64,000 bases of DNA, taken from NCBI GenBank assembly GCA_965219685.1, contig CBDCOH010000002.1, forward strand, positions 3,104,001 through 3,168,000. Reading direction: 5' to 3'. Origin of the DNA: Candidatus Spongiisociaceae bacterium (GTDB lineage Bacteria; Actinomycetota; Acidimicrobiia; Spongiisociales; Spongiisociaceae). Below, one piece after another: positions 41,646-53,595 of this stretch. The position numbers and the translations under genes are program-made. Positions within the stretch are counted from its first letter, which is position 1. Each line of letters begins with the position of its first letter. The notes under the pieces are model-generated. The model made no database searches, was not told where the DNA came from, and was given only the letters and a program-made list of their open reading frames with translations.

Positions 41646-43081
41646 GGCTCTTCGGATTTCACGGGGGAGTGACCGATGGGAGTAGGTCCCAGTTGGGCGT
41701 CCCCGCATACAGGAGTGCCCGTATTCGGTAGTTCGCGAAGTTGGGTAACCCGAACGCTGCCCGTTTGATCCTTTTGATGAGGTTGTTGAGGGCTTCGGTG
41801 GGTCCGTCGGTTACCTCGGGTGATGTGCCAGTTGCAGATCTGGGCGCACCAGCGGCTGATGGTACGACCGAGCTGGTTGATCTCCGGTGGGCAGGAGGGG
41901 TCTTGGAGGTCATCGGCGAGCCGGGTGGGTGTATTGGAGGCCGAGGACGGGACTGTCGATGTCGTAGATGCCCCGGACGGTTTCGGTGGCGTGGCTGGCG
42001 GTGCGTACCTCGCCGTGGGGGTCACCGGCGTCGAGGAGGCCACGGAGGCGTGTCCGACCGCGGTCGCTGATGCGTTCATGCGCAGCGGTGAGGAGACGCC
42101 GTGCCCCAGACAGTGGGTCGCCTTTGCGGCCCCGATGTCCCAGGGTTTCGTTCTGGACTCTTCGTCGTACTTCGTCGAGACGCTGGTTCGCTAGTCGGGT
42201 GACGCCGAACGGGTCTGCGACTTGCAGAGCGTTGGGCAGGACCCGGTCGTAGGCTGTCCGGTAGGGGCCTGACATGTCGAGTACGGCCCAGCGGATCCCG
42301 TCGAGCCAATCTGCGGGCTGTGACCGGAACCAGGCTTCGGCGCTATAGGCTGTTTTACCTGGGACTATGTCGATTAGTTGGTGGTTCCTGACGTCTACGA
42401 CGGACGTGCACCACTGCTTGGTCCGGTACTTTCCGCGCCGCCAGAACAGCGTCTCGTCTACCCCGACAGCCTCAACCTTCCCTACCCGATCGGTGTCTGC
42501 TTCCAGCAGTGCCTCACCCCAGCGGCGTACCTCGTCGTTGACCGTGTGCCAGTCGCAGCCCAGTTCTTCGGCGACTTCGTCGACCGAGCGACCCAGCTTC
42601 CCGACCTGGCTGGTGACCCACCGTGCTGCCCGGGATGTCAACAACGCCCGCGGAGGGGCAATAGCCGGGTCTTGTTCGACGAACGACCGGCGTGCACATC
42701 CACGATCCGGGCACCTCCAGCGGCGCTTCCGCCACCGCAGCCGCACCGGCCGGCCGAACGCGGGAAGGTCCACCAGCACAGCTGTCCGATAGCCCTTGGA
42801 CCACACTCCACCACCGCAATCCTCACAGGTCGGGCGGGGTTGGCGGGACCGGATCACCACCACAAGCGGCCCGTTCTCGCCCCGCTCGTCGATACCCTCC
42901 AGGTCAACGTCGCCGAGGCCTACCAGCAGCTCGCACATACGCGTAGGATCAACTTCCACAGGGGTCCTCCTGCCTCGGATGTCATCTTTCAACAGCCGAT
43001 TATGGAGGACCCCTCCTCACTTCTGGTGGATTACGACCCCCATCCCATATCCCCCTTCTCCCCCCTCATTTCCGAAGAGCC
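41646..43081 (-). mobile_element. ISL3-family element; transposase 41659-42992 frameshifted near 41915
   Basis: GGCTCTTCG IRs; zinc finger CEDC/RWRC, VGVDET, DMSGPY, TEALNNLIKRIKR. Confidence 0.9.
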
Positions 43082-43720
43082 CGTTTTCACGTGGCGCGGT
43101 GGTTCACCGAAGGCTTGACCCTGGTGCGGCGGGAACTGCAACGCCGCGACCCCGAGGAGCGGCCCCCCACGTTCGAGCCGGACCTGTTCCGAGCCCGGTT
43201 CACTCTCCTGCGGCGGGCGGATCATCTCACAGACGGGCACCAGAAGCATCTGGATCGCCTGTTCGACGCGTATCCGCGGCTCCGCACTGCCTGGGACGCG
43301 CTCCAGGAGCTCTACCAGCTCTACGAAGCCGAAGACCTCGACGGCGCCAACCAGGCCCTGGGGCGGTTCGCCGACCTCTACGCCACAGGCCAGATCCCCG
43401 AATACCACGACATCGTGGACACCATCATCGCGTGGGGAGAAGAAATCCTGGCCTACCACCGCAGCAGACGAGCAACCAACGGACCCATCGAAGGGATCAA
43501 CAACCTGCTCCAAGTCCTACGCCGCGTCGCTCACGGATTCACCAACACCAACAATTTCGCAGCCCGAGGAGTGCTCGTAACATGACCCCCACACACCGAC
43601 AACAGCAGCCCTACCCCACGTTTTCGCGAAGCCTCAACAATTTCGCAGCCCGAGGAGTGCTCGTAACATGACCCCCACACACCGACAACAGCAGCCCTAC
43701 CCCACGTTTTCGCGAAGCCT
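43082..43720 (+). pseudogene. Second ISL3 3' fragment with 86-bp tandem duplication of its end (43549-43634 and 43635-43720)
   Basis: TNGPIEGINNLLQVLRRVAHGF; repeat read directly. Confidence 0.8.
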
Positions 43721-43881
43721 CTGTTCCTCCTGTGCCAACATGGGCGGTGGGGCTCCCTCTCCTCGCTGCCGTACCTAGCAGTCAGCAGCTTGGAGAGGAC
43801 CCCCCTCACCGCCTGGTATTTGGGGTCACAGGGTGGGGAATTTCACTGATCGAGAGTGGGGAATTTCACTGATCGGCAACA
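43721..43881 (-). mobile_element. IS21-family left end with first istA codons (MLAQEEQ)
   Basis: TGTTG terminus; tandem gtggggaatttcactgatcg repeats. Confidence 0.65.
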
Positions 43882-44067
43882 GCGGAGCGGTTACGGCGGC
43901 TCCGATCGTCACTTTCGGGCTCGGTTACCCGTTGGGCGCTTTTCTACGCCGGGTGGAGTTGTATGGGTGGTCGAGGGAAGTGGCCGCTGCGGATCTGTTG
44001 CTGGGTTCATCTTTGATGAGGTTGACCCGATTGAGTGAACGCTTCCGGTAAACCAAGTGCGGTTCAA

Positions 44068-44091
44068 CTTGACAAACACTCAGGAGCATCC
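44068..44091 (+). mobile_element. Orphan IS110-C-like right end
   Basis: ttgacaaacactcaggagcatc. Confidence 0.45.
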
Positions 44092-44243
44092 GGGTGACCA
44101 TCACTCAGCCAAACCTGGCGGGATTCACATTGGTGGACTCCAACCCCCCTGTCGGATCCCCTACTCCGCACCATTTCACGAAGGCCCCAACGTCTCAACG
44201 ATCCACCCATCTACGGTGCCGTGGCTATCGATCGTCTCTGTAG

Positions 44244-44948
44244 CTACACCAAAGCTCCATCAGGCTCTTCGTCCAGATACCTGACCATGTCACTTTGCTT
44301 AACTACGTTCAAATAAAGGCTAACGAAGAACGCAAACACGACGAATACCAGCCAAGTTTGAAAGAACACTCTCGCGTCGTAAACGTTTCGACATGCCGTC
44401 CCACACGCAGTGAGAGAAGGTTCAATCACGAAGAAGTAAACTAGAGCTATGAAAGCTAGACTTACAAGCCCCAAAATATATGGCCACATTGTAGATATAG
44501 CAGCTAGTCTCCTAAGTCTACCTTTGGAACTTCTTATCAAGTAACCCTTCGACAGATTGTGTGATCGCCAGTTATTGTACTCCACAAGAAAGGGTCTATG
44601 GGGTAGAGGGTACAGTTCAGATTGTTCCAATCTTCGTACGATATACCTCTTCACAAGAGATCCAATGTACGAGCGCCGTACATGCTCCAACCAAGCAATA
44701 CATAGTGCGCTAATGGTCGCTAAGATCACAATGTTACCTACGGCACTAAAGAGGAGGGAGTTCGGAAGTGTGGGAAAGATCGAAAGCGAACCCCCCAGTA
44801 AGAAAAGGGTGAGTATTACAGTCGTAAAGAACTTGTCCACCGTCAAACGTCGTTCATCGTAGCGGTCAGCAGACTCCAGCACTAACTGATACTGTCTCAA
44901 CAACAGCCTTCCTTCGTCTAGAGTAGAAGGATCATGTGAGCCATACAT
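44244..44948 (-). CDS. Low-GC 4-TM membrane protein, RipA-like (paralog 2)
   Basis: Clear homolog of 23051-23788; same RBS context ggaggttcccYagtatgt. Confidence 0.75.
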   Translation of the reverse strand: MYGSHDPSTLDEGRLLLRQYQLVLESADRYDERRLTVDKFFTTVILTLFLLGGSLSIFPTLPNSLLFSAVGNIVILATISALCIAWLEHVRRSYIGSLVKRYIVRRLEQSELYPLPHRPFLVEYNNWRSHNLSKGYLIRSSKGRLRRLAAISTMWPYILGLVSLAFIALVYFFVIEPSLTACGTACRNVYDARVFFQTWLVFVVFAFFVSLYLNVVKQSDMVRYLDEEPDGALV

Positions 44949-45057
44949 ACTAGGGAACCTCCTATAGATTTCTCAGTCGACTCAACTTACTCTAGAGGGA
45001 AGGGTTGTTCGAAGCAAGAGTAGGAACAGGCCAATCTGACCGGATGGATCTCTTTAG

Positions 45058-45550
45058 GGCTCTTCAGAGACGAGTAGAGATAAGGGGGATCTGCCAGGGT
45101 TGTTGATGAGCGCGTTGCACATCTGGTTGCTGTGCCGTTCCAAGGCCCATTTCAGGTTCTGTTGTGTCCTAGCCAGTGCTGTGGTACCGTTCACTTCAGC
45201 GCTGCCGGTGGCCACCGGGCGATGGTTGTCACGGTCGGTGCGTACCAGATCGGCTAACACCTAGGCGTCACAACGGTCAGATTTCGCTTCGCCCAGATGA
45301 TAAAGCGCCCGCCAACAGGGACACGGCCTTGGGATTGATCGCATACACCTGATAGCCCGCTGGGGCCAGGCTACTAACCCAGAGGCCACGATCCGTCTCG
45401 ATGCCTATCGCCACCTCGGCCAGCTCCGACTCCGATACGTGCACCCCAACCATCTCATGCAAACGGCCAATCCGCTTGATCCATCCCTGGAAGCGAGAAA
45501 GACCCAGCCGGACTCCGTGATCTTCCATAAGATGCACATCGTGGTCGCCA
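45058..45550 (-). pseudogene. IS110-D-type 5' fragment abutting an ISL3 end (ggctcttc at 45058)
   Basis: DHDVHLM..GIETDRGLWV..YAINPKAVS; LADLVRTDR. Confidence 0.75.
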
Positions 45551-45557
45551 GCCGCGG

Positions 45558-46463
45558 TTAGCTTTTTTGGAGGGAGACGATTGAGGGTGCGGGGGGGCGG
45601 AGCCTGTTCTGGGGATTCTTCTGGCACCGGTCGGTGAGGAGGTGGGGTGTGCTGGTGGGGATGTCGAAGAGGATTCTGGTTTTGAATGGGTCGTGGGATT
45701 GCAGTAGTTCGAGGCTGGTGTAGGAGGCGCTGAGCAGCCGCTGGTTGTCGTCGATGTATTGGTCGGCCTCGGCGGCGCCGCAGAGGTGGCGTCCTCGCCG
45801 GTCGGCAGCTTCGGGCAGCATGTTGTTGTCGAAGACGAACAGGGTGGGGGGGAACCCTGTGTACCAGTTTTGCCACAGGAACTGTGGTCGGGGGGTGTTG
45901 TCGGTCTTTTTCTTGGGTGGGGTGTAGTAGCGGAGTTGCATGTATGCCTTGAGTTTCGCGACGAGTGTTTGGATGGGTTCGGTTCCCCGGTCGAACTCGA
46001 TGAAACGGACGATGCTCCCGACCCCGGCGGGACCGAAGTCGACTGCGTAGTGGATCACCGCGTCGGTAGCGAGGGACTGGTTTTCGCTGTAGGGATGCCC
46101 GACCTCTACCTCCCAGGAGCACTCATCGTCGGGGTAGGTGGCTGCGAGCTGGCTGAACGCGACGCCCACCGTGTTGGTTCCTTGTAGGTGCGGGTTGGGT
46201 TGGTCGTGGGGCCTGTAGGGACGTGGACGCACCCCGAAGGTGGCGATGGCCTGTTGGTGGCCGTCGGCGGTGAGCATCCACGAGGAGTGTTCCTTGGGGG
46301 CCCATACGTTCCAAGCGACGACGCCGGATTTGCGGAGGTGCTGCAGGGCGCGGGCTATCTGGCTGTCCGAGACGTGGGGGAACCGGGCTCGCAACTGGCC
46401 GGAGGTACCGGTGCGGCACAGGTACAGGTGGCGGTGTATGCGTCGTCGGAGGTCGACGCTCAT
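45558..46463 (-). CDS. Replication-relaxation (Replic_Relax) family protein
   Basis: N-terminal wHTH, PH...N, W..EV.H, DA, FIEFDRGTE, KLKAY; ATGA overlap with the upstream ATPase. Confidence 0.8.
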   Translation of the reverse strand: MSVDLRRRIHRHLYLCRTGTSGQLRARFPHVSDSQIARALQHLRKSGVVAWNVWAPKEHSSWMLTADGHQQAIATFGVRPRPYRPHDQPNPHLQGTNTVGVAFSQLAATYPDDECSWEVEVGHPYSENQSLATDAVIHYAVDFGPAGVGSIVRFIEFDRGTEPIQTLVAKLKAYMQLRYYTPPKKKTDNTPRPQFLWQNWYTGFPPTLFVFDNNMLPEAADRRGRHLCGAAEADQYIDDNQRLLSASYTSLELLQSHDPFKTRILFDIPTSTPHLLTDRCQKNPQNRLRPPAPSIVSLQKS

Positions 46464-49318
46464 AGGTTTCCTATCCATCGCGGTCCGTCCCGGCTGTCCG
46501 GCGGGTGTTGTTTCCGGCTGCCCGGTGGGGGAGGTTTGAGGTGGTCGCGGATACGTTCGGTGAGGCTGTCGAGAGCGTCGAGGGTGTCCCCGACGTTGCG
46601 GTAGCCGCTGTTTCGGGCGATGCTCTTGGTGAGCTGTTCGGTGTCGGCGTCGTCGTTGCGGCGGTGTGCCCAGAGTGCATCGATGGGGACGGAGCCGACC
46701 TTGAACGGGTCGGTGCGTGAGCCTCGCAGTTGGACCTGGCCGACGAACGCGAATTTGGCGAGACGTTGCAGGGTTCGGGGGTTGACGTGGCCTGCCCGCT
46801 GCGTGGTGAACTTGCGGGCTCCTTCGTCGTCGACGGCGGAGGTGATGAGATGGCTGCGGTTGGTCATCATCGCGGTGAGTGTGAGGGTCGAGAGGCGCTG
46901 TGGGGCTTGGCACATGAGGTGGAGGCGTCCGCCGAACTTGCGGCTCTGCTCGGCGAGGGCGGCGGTCATCTGCCGTATCGCGTCGTCGACTATCTGCGCC
47001 TGGTCTACCCAGACATGGCAGGGACGGCGCTGGTCTTCGGGGATGTCACGTCGGGAGAGGAGCGCCTCTAGGACGCTGTACACCATGAGGGCGGCTACGA
47101 GCTTGTCTGTGTCGCCGGTACCGCGGAGACGGACCAAGATGATCCCGCCCCGGTCGATCGCCTGGCGGAGATCGAACGTCGGCTCCGACGCGCCGAGCAG
47201 CGACGCTATGGACTCGGCGGTGCGGAGACGGTCTACGAGGGACATGAGCGGTGTGAACTCGGATCCTCCGTAGGCGAACCGGGACCAGTATTCCTTGGTC
47301 TGTTGGGACAGGTGGGCGGTGACGATTCCTCGCCATTCTTCGTCGCCGAGGAGCGGCCCTAGTTGGAACACGGTCGGTTTCATACCGGGGGGGAGGATGA
47401 GCGCCGACTCGAGGAGCGTGCGGACGGAGTTGACGGTGATACCGATGGCCCGGTTGTTGATACCGTGCCGCCACCCGACCGCGGCGGCGAGAGCGTCCGA
47501 GATCGAAGCCATCCGTTCTTCGAGCTGGTCACGGTGGGTGATAGCGAACGGGTTCCACGCGGTCTGTTCGGGCTGTCCGAGTTCGAGTGAGAGCTCGTAG
47601 ACCCGATGGTGGTAGTAACCGAGGAAATCTTTGAGCCGTGTGATGCCGGTGCCGTGCGGGTCGACGAACACGACGCTATGCCCAGCATCCGCGGTAGCCA
47701 GTATCCGTCCGAGGGACGACTCGGTTTTGCCGCACCCGGAAGCTCCGCAGCAGAGCGTGAACAGCGTGTCGTCGAGGGGAACCGCCCCGAGGAAGGCTTG
47801 TTCCCTGCGGTTGCTGACAGTCCCGAGCGGCCAAAGCTCCGCGTCGGGCTGCCAGCGGGGAAGGTGGGCGGGTGGCGGAGCGACGATCCCGTCGGAGCGG
47901 ACAACGTTGGTGGAGGGACAGTTCACAGTGGGAGGTATCAACAGCCCGGCGATAGCGGACGCGTTGACCCGGTTCAGCCGCCGCCGCGTGACGCGTCCTC
48001 CGTCGAAGCGACGGTCGAAGTCCTCGCGGCGGCGGATGGAAGAGTCAGCCCCTCGGGGGAAGCCGAACAGCCGCCAGGAGCGGACCTTCCACCAGTTGTA
48101 CGAAGACCCGTACACGTCGAACGCAGCCACAGCAGACTGGAGCATCTGTGGTGGCCGTCCCTCCACCGGCGACTCCGCCTTGACGAGGATCTGAGCGAGG
48201 AACTGAACATCCGCGGTGGACATCTGCGACCAGGCCGCGTTGATCCGATCAGACGTGGCCCGTCTGCGTAGCCGCCCCTCCTGTCTGCGGGTCGCCGTGG
48301 CCGGGTCCCGTTCCCACCGGGAGCCGCGGGTGAACTCGTCACGGAACTGGTCCCGGATGTTCGGCTTCGGTGACGACCCGTCTTTCTTCTCGAAGCGGGC
48401 TATCGCCTCCTCTCCCACCGGCGTCGGGCTGCGGGGGTGACGGGAATGAGGTCGACGACGACATCGAGCGATTCGTCGGGGTCCACATTGGACATGGCGG
48501 CGACCAGCGGGGTGAGAGGATCAGGGTCGAGCGGGGTCGAGTGCAGCGGCCAGAACGCCTCGTTAGCGAGGACCATCTCCGCCCTCGCCGTGAACCGGCA
48601 CGGCGGTTCACCGCTCAGAGGGTCGGGTTCCGGTTCTGGGTCCGGCGGTGGGTGTAGGTCCACCGCGGTGTTTGCCTGCTGTTCCGACCAAACAGGCTCG
48701 GGTTGGCTGCCGAACCCAGCGAGGAGCCGCTCAGCAGCGGCCCGGTCGGCGCCGGGTTCCCTGTCCCCTCGGGGAACAGCCGCGCGCAGCCCCAACAAGT
48801 CAGCCGTCACATCCAGGAACCCCACAAACCCAGAGGGGGGACCTGACGGAGAGGGGGCTCCTCGCGGGGAGGAGGGACCTGACGGAGAGGGGGGTAGGGC
48901 AGCGGCGGAAAGGTGGGGCAGGGGCGGAAAGGTGGGGCAGGGGCGAAGGGGCTGTCGACGCCGAGAGCGGCGAAACGCTGGCCGTGGCCAGTGAGGGATC
49001 GGAGACGGGTGGTTCAGGGCGGAGTCCTTCACCCACCGAGCTGAGAACTTCTTGGGCAGGGAGAAATTCGGTTTGGTGGTACACCGCGGCCCGGAGAGGA
49101 CGCAATCGGTCCTCGGTCGTCGTAAGGGTCATGAGGCATAACCCTTCCGCTACCGCGCGGAACCGGACGCGTACACGGTCCGACTGGCGTCGGCGGAACA
49201 ACCCCACGTTACGAGTTCGTGCAAGCTGCCTCGCGAAACGCAGCACGGACTCGGGGTCCGGGTCGAACTCGTCGGTCGGCAGCAGAGCAAGCTCGACCAG
49301 TTGAGGATCTCTCACCAT
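46460..49318 (-). pseudogene. VirD4/TraD-like coupling ATPase split by two frameshifts (~48900 and ~48410)
   Basis: Walker A GASGCGKT, VDPHG, VDQAQ, SRKFG; RBS AGGAG before 49318. Confidence 0.75.
48830..48950. repeat. G-rich short direct repeats (gggacctgacggagagggg x2; ggcggaaaggtggggcagg x2)
   Basis: Read directly; coincide with a frameshift. Confidence 0.8.
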
Positions 49319-50198
49319 GGCATGGCTCCTATAAGGTCTGGCCTTCGGCCAGCCCGCATTAAGAGACGGTCGGCTGACTGCCAGCGGCGCAGCGCGTGGT
49401 CGGTGACGGCAAAACGCCTGCAAACCGGCGGTTTGACGACCAGGCGACCACAGGCGATACGAAACATGCAATCCACGCTCGCACCACGCCTAGCACCTCA
49501 TCTATAGGCTCCCCTAAGCCTCGATCTAGAACTCGACCTAGAACATCCCCTAAAATCCGAAGGTTGGGGAACAACGCCAGGTGGCCATAAGGCGCGCGCC
49601 ACCGCCCGTCGGGGCCGTGGACCCACCCTGCTCGAAGCCGACCAGCCCAATCCTGTCGTGAACAGTACCGGGACCGACAGTTCTCAAACGAGTGTTATCG
49701 AACTCGGTCCGACTCGGCTGCCCGCCAAGCTCGGGTCGTATCAGTGTGCGGACGTGGATCACGGTAGGTCGGCTGTGATAGTGGTCCGGTCGCTGCTGGT
49801 CGGGAGGTCAAGGGTCGGGACCATTGAAACGGCGAATGATGGGGAGCGGATGTCCCTGTTGTGGGCCACGAGCCAGTTGGTGAGCACCCGCAATCCGGAC
49901 CCGCTGCGATTGGTGATCTGTTCCCTTCCTCGCCCGGTGATGGCTCCCTGATTGCCACTTTGGCTGTCGCGTAGCGTTTCTCAATGGTGCCCACGGTCAC
50001 CCGCGCGCGGTAGGTAACTACCACCCTGCGCCGAGCGATTTGTCATATCGGCCAGCGTAGGGTAACGCTAACCTTTGTCGTTTACTGGCACAACCGCCTG
50101 AGGCTGGCTACTATCGCGGCAGTAGCAGCCAGTTGCGGCAGCCTTCGGGGTGTCTCATGTCGTCGCCGGCGGTGCCGATTGGCAGAGGGAGGAGGCCA

Positions 50199-50402
50199 AT
50201 GGACCAGAAGATGCTTCGAACTAGCGAGGCCTGCGCCTATTTGAGTGTGTCGCGCACCACGTTTTGGCGCTGGCGGCGAAAGGGGATAGTGCCCGACGGG
50301 AGGCTCGTCGGCCGAGTGGAGTTGTGGCTTCCCTCGGAACTGGCAGCCGCTTTGGAGAAGTACAAGCGGCAGCGGCCCCGTAGGAACCCCCCAGATGCGT
50401 GA
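50199..50402 (+). CDS. AlpA/excisionase-like HTH protein
   Basis: MLRTSEACAYLSVSRTTFWRWRRKG; RBS GGAGG. Confidence 0.85.
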   Translation: MDQKMLRTSEACAYLSVSRTTFWRWRRKGIVPDGRLVGRVELWLPSELAAALEKYKRQRPRRNPPDA

Positions 50403-50641
50403 TTCCCTGCGGGACTGGATTGGGAGGTGCGCTCGGAGGTAGCTCATGTCGGTAGTGGGAATAGCGGACGCGGAAACGAGTCCCGATGGCAGCGGGACTC
50501 GTTTCTTAAGAGCATCTCTTGGTGAGTGCTATTGGCGGTGAACCCGCTGCTCGTATGGTAGCGGGTTTTTCGGCGGCGTCTGCACTTTGAGGAGAGGAGT
50601 GAGTTACGCCGTTCCCGTTTCGTGGGGTTGCTGCCCCATCG

Positions 50642-52168
50642 TTGGTTGACCACGGTCCTGTTCCCGGTTCGTCGGCGGGTCGGGCTGGGGTTAGGTGGCG
50701 GAGCGAAGGTGGTGCCCGTCGGATGCGTCCGGTGGGTTTGTTGGACCGTCTGCGGTGGGCTGATAGCGATGGACGGCTGGGCTGCTCTGGTTTGGCGCTG
50801 GCCGGTTTGGTCATCGCGTTGGTGGTGGAGGACACCGGCTTGTGGGGCCGCGGGTTCGTGCCGGTGCGGTATCGGCGGCTGGCAGCGGAGTCGGGCTACT
50901 CGCGGTCAACGGTGGCCCGCCGCCTGCCAGTGGTGCTGCAGCGACTCGCCGCGGTGGGCGTCGTCGACTACCGGCGCCGTCCGGGGGAGGCCTATCGGGT
51001 GCGGCTGGTGGTGGAACTCGACGTGTTGCAGCGTTGGGGGGTGGCGTGGGTGCCGTGGCCTCTGGCTGACGCGTCGCATCGGCTCCATCCGGGGGGGTGG
51101 TCTCACACGGACCGGGCCCGGGCCGCGGCCTGGTGGAGCTTCGCCAACTGGAATGGTGACATCAACGGTGCGGTGGGTGTCGAGGGTCTCGCCGCCCGCG
51201 TGGGGCTACGTCCCTCCACTCTCAAGCGGGGTCCGACTCCGGAGGGTCTGTGGTCAGACCCAGGCAAGTGTCTCTCGGTTAGCGGCTGGTCTGACGCTGG
51301 TCTGGGTGCCCATCGGCGGGATGTGCGCTATGAGGATTATCGGTGCGCGGTTGCGGCCCGCTCAGGTCGGGAGGGGGCATCGGTCCGCCGGGACGAACAC
51401 GTCCCCAATTCCTCAGCGGCGCTAGACGGTTTCGCCGAGGACCACAGCGGGGCTGATCTCTGGGAACGGTGGGGTGGTCTCATCGACGGATCCCCCAACC
51501 CTGTTGATACAACCACCAACTCTCGTACATCTTCGGCTGCGTCGTTCTTGAACTCCGGTGAAGGGATCGAAGATCACAACCAGGTGCAGAGACCGGCCGG
51601 TGGGACCTGTGGTCCGGCACGGCGGAGGACTCGCCGCACTCCGGACCGGTGGCGTTACGAAGCCGCCACCACGTCAGCCCGGTGGGAGGGGCCTGCCCCG
51701 GAGCACGTGAGGGGTCTGGCTCGACGGTTCGGGTGGCATGTCGCCGAGCAGGCCGCCCTGGAAACGCATCGGGTGGTGACGTTGGGTCGCCCGGTCCGCT
51801 CGGCTAAGGGGTTGGCTACCCATTTCGCGGTGTGTTTCGCCCGTCCCGGGTCGTGTTCGGGCCAGCATTCGGGGCCGTGCGGTCGGCTGCGGCTGGACCA
51901 GCACCGGGCGCGGCGTCTCGACGAGGAACAGGACCAGACCACCGCAAACCTCAACACGTCGGTCCGGAACCCGACCCGGACGGATCCGACCGTTGAAGGG
52001 GCGGCGGCTGCCCGAACCGGTAAGGAAGACCGGCCGGCCGATCCGGCTGCGGCCCTTGCCGAAGCCGCAAAGGATGCCTCCCCGCGGCTAAGGGCTCTCG
52101 CGGCGCGGGTCAGCAAACGGTTCGCCAGCACAACACCCGATTGCATCGGAACGGAAGCTGGTCCATGA
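50642..52168 (+). CDS. Putative replication initiator (HTH), translationally coupled to DnaB
   Basis: YRRLAAESGYSRSTVARRL HTH; position between xis and dnaB; start uncertain. Confidence 0.55.
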   Translation: MVDHGPVPGSSAGRAGVRWRSEGGARRMRPVGLLDRLRWADSDGRLGCSGLALAGLVIALVVEDTGLWGRGFVPVRYRRLAAESGYSRSTVARRLPVVLQRLAAVGVVDYRRRPGEAYRVRLVVELDVLQRWGVAWVPWPLADASHRLHPGGWSHTDRARAAAWWSFANWNGDINGAVGVEGLAARVGLRPSTLKRGPTPEGLWSDPGKCLSVSGWSDAGLGAHRRDVRYEDYRCAVAARSGREGASVRRDEHVPNSSAALDGFAEDHSGADLWERWGGLIDGSPNPVDTTTNSRTSSAASFLNSGEGIEDHNQVQRPAGGTCGPARRRTRRTPDRWRYEAATTSARWEGPAPEHVRGLARRFGWHVAEQAALETHRVVTLGRPVRSAKGLATHFAVCFARPGSCSGQHSGPCGRLRLDQHRARRLDEEQDQTTANLNTSVRNPTRTDPTVEGAAAARTGKEDRPADPAAALAEAAKDASPRLRALAARVSKRFASTTPDCIGTEAGP

Positions 52169-53595
52169 CCTTGGTGTCTCCGCAGCAGGTCTCAGGTCCC
52201 GGGAGCCCGAAAGTGCCTCCACACAGCGCAGAAGCGGAGGAATCGGTGATCGGTGCCCTGCTCCGGTCACGGACGGTCACCGACGATGTGTTCGACCGGC
52301 TGGCTGCCGAAGATTTCTACGTTCCCTCGCACCGCCGCATCTTCTCTGCTATGCGTGGTCTCTACGACGGGAACCAGCCGATCGACACCGTAACCGTGGT
52401 CGACCGGCTCCACCGCGCAGACAAGCTGCAAGCCGTCGGCGGTCCCGTAGCGGTGACCAAATTCTGGGACCAGGTACCTTCCGCCGCGAACGTCGGCTAC
52501 TACACCCGGGTAGTGGAGGAACACGCGCTGAGGCGGCGGATGCTGACCGCGGCCTACTGCGCCATCGAGTTGGCTACTGACCTCTCAGGCGAAATCGACG
52601 CGGCCCTAGAGGGGGCGGAGCGGGCCATGCTGGCGGTCGGGGAGCGGCGAGCCGGCGGCGACCTCCCTCTGTTGGGCGACCTCATACCAGGAGTCCTCGA
52701 GGACCTCGAGCGGCTTGAGACCCAAGGCCGCGACGTTGCGGGTGTTCCCACCGGCCTGCCGGATCTCGACCTCATGCTCGGTGGCCTACAGCCGTCCACG
52801 CTGGTAGTCGTGGCAGGCCGGCCCGGGATGGGCAAGAGTGCCCTAGCCATGAACATCGCCTCGTTCGTGGCGATCCATCACGGACCGGTAGCGTTCTTCT
52901 CCCTCGAGATGTCCTCCCGCGACATGGCAAGACGCTGGTTGGCCTCCGAGGCGGGGGTGGACTCCATGACGCTACGAACCGGTCGGGAACCCGGAGGGCA
53001 ACAAGGGGATTCGCCACAGACGTGGGCGGCGCTTATCCAGGCTGCCTTCGGCCTCGAGGGGGTGCCCCTCCACATCGACGAGTGGTCACGAACAGTCGGG
53101 GAAGTCCGAACCAAGACCCGCCGACTCAAACGCAACCAAGGACTCGAGCTGGTAGTGGTGGACTACATGCAACTCATGGTGGCGTCGGGTCGCCGAAGGG
53201 AGAACCGCCAACAAGAAATCGCGGAGATCAGCCGCAACCTCAAAGGGCTCGCCAGCGAACTGGCGATCCCGGTGATCGCGGTCTCCCAACTCAACCGGGC
53301 GCTCGAGTCCCGCCACAACAAACGGCCCCAACTGGGTGACCTGCGCGAGTCCGGAGCGATCGAACAAGACGCCGATGTGGTACTGATGGTTTACCGCGAC
53401 GACTACTACCACCCGAAAACCACAGAGCCGGGCATCGCCGAGATAATCGTGGCCAAGCATAGGTCCGGACCCAACGGTGTGATCAAGACCACCTTCTCCG
53501 CCGAACACACCCGCTTCGGCACCCAGCCCCACCACAGCAGCCGCACGGCACAGCCCAAGGATCCCGACCCCGGCGGACCCTGTACCGACGCGTGA
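52165..53595 (+). CDS. dnaB: Replicative DNA helicase (element-borne)
   Basis: PPHSAEAEESVIG, AGRPGMGKS, VDYMQL, SQLNR, DLRESGAIEQDAD. Confidence 0.95.
   Translation: MTLVSPQQVSGPGSPKVPPHSAEAEESVIGALLRSRTVTDDVFDRLAAEDFYVPSHRRIFSAMRGLYDGNQPIDTVTVVDRLHRADKLQAVGGPVAVTKFWDQVPSAANVGYYTRVVEEHALRRRMLTAAYCAIELATDLSGEIDAALEGAERAMLAVGERRAGGDLPLLGDLIPGVLEDLERLETQGRDVAGVPTGLPDLDLMLGGLQPSTLVVVAGRPGMGKSALAMNIASFVAIHHGPVAFFSLEMSSRDMARRWLASEAGVDSMTLRTGREPGGQQGDSPQTWAALIQAAFGLEGVPLHIDEWSRTVGEVRTKTRRLKRNQGLELVVVDYMQLMVASGRRRENRQQEIAEISRNLKGLASELAIPVIAVSQLNRALESRHNKRPQLGDLRESGAIEQDADVVLMVYRDDYYHPKTTEPGIAEIIVAKHRSGPNGVIKTTFSAEHTRFGTQPHHSSRTAQPKDPDPGGPCTDA

Noticed and set aside
43549-43720. 86-bp tandem repeat as a functional array
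   Set aside because: Simple duplication of an ISL3 end, or an assembly artefact
43833-43876. 20-bp direct repeats as a CRISPR array
   Set aside because: Only two copies, 3-bp spacer, no cas genes; fits IS21 terminal repeats ending in ACA
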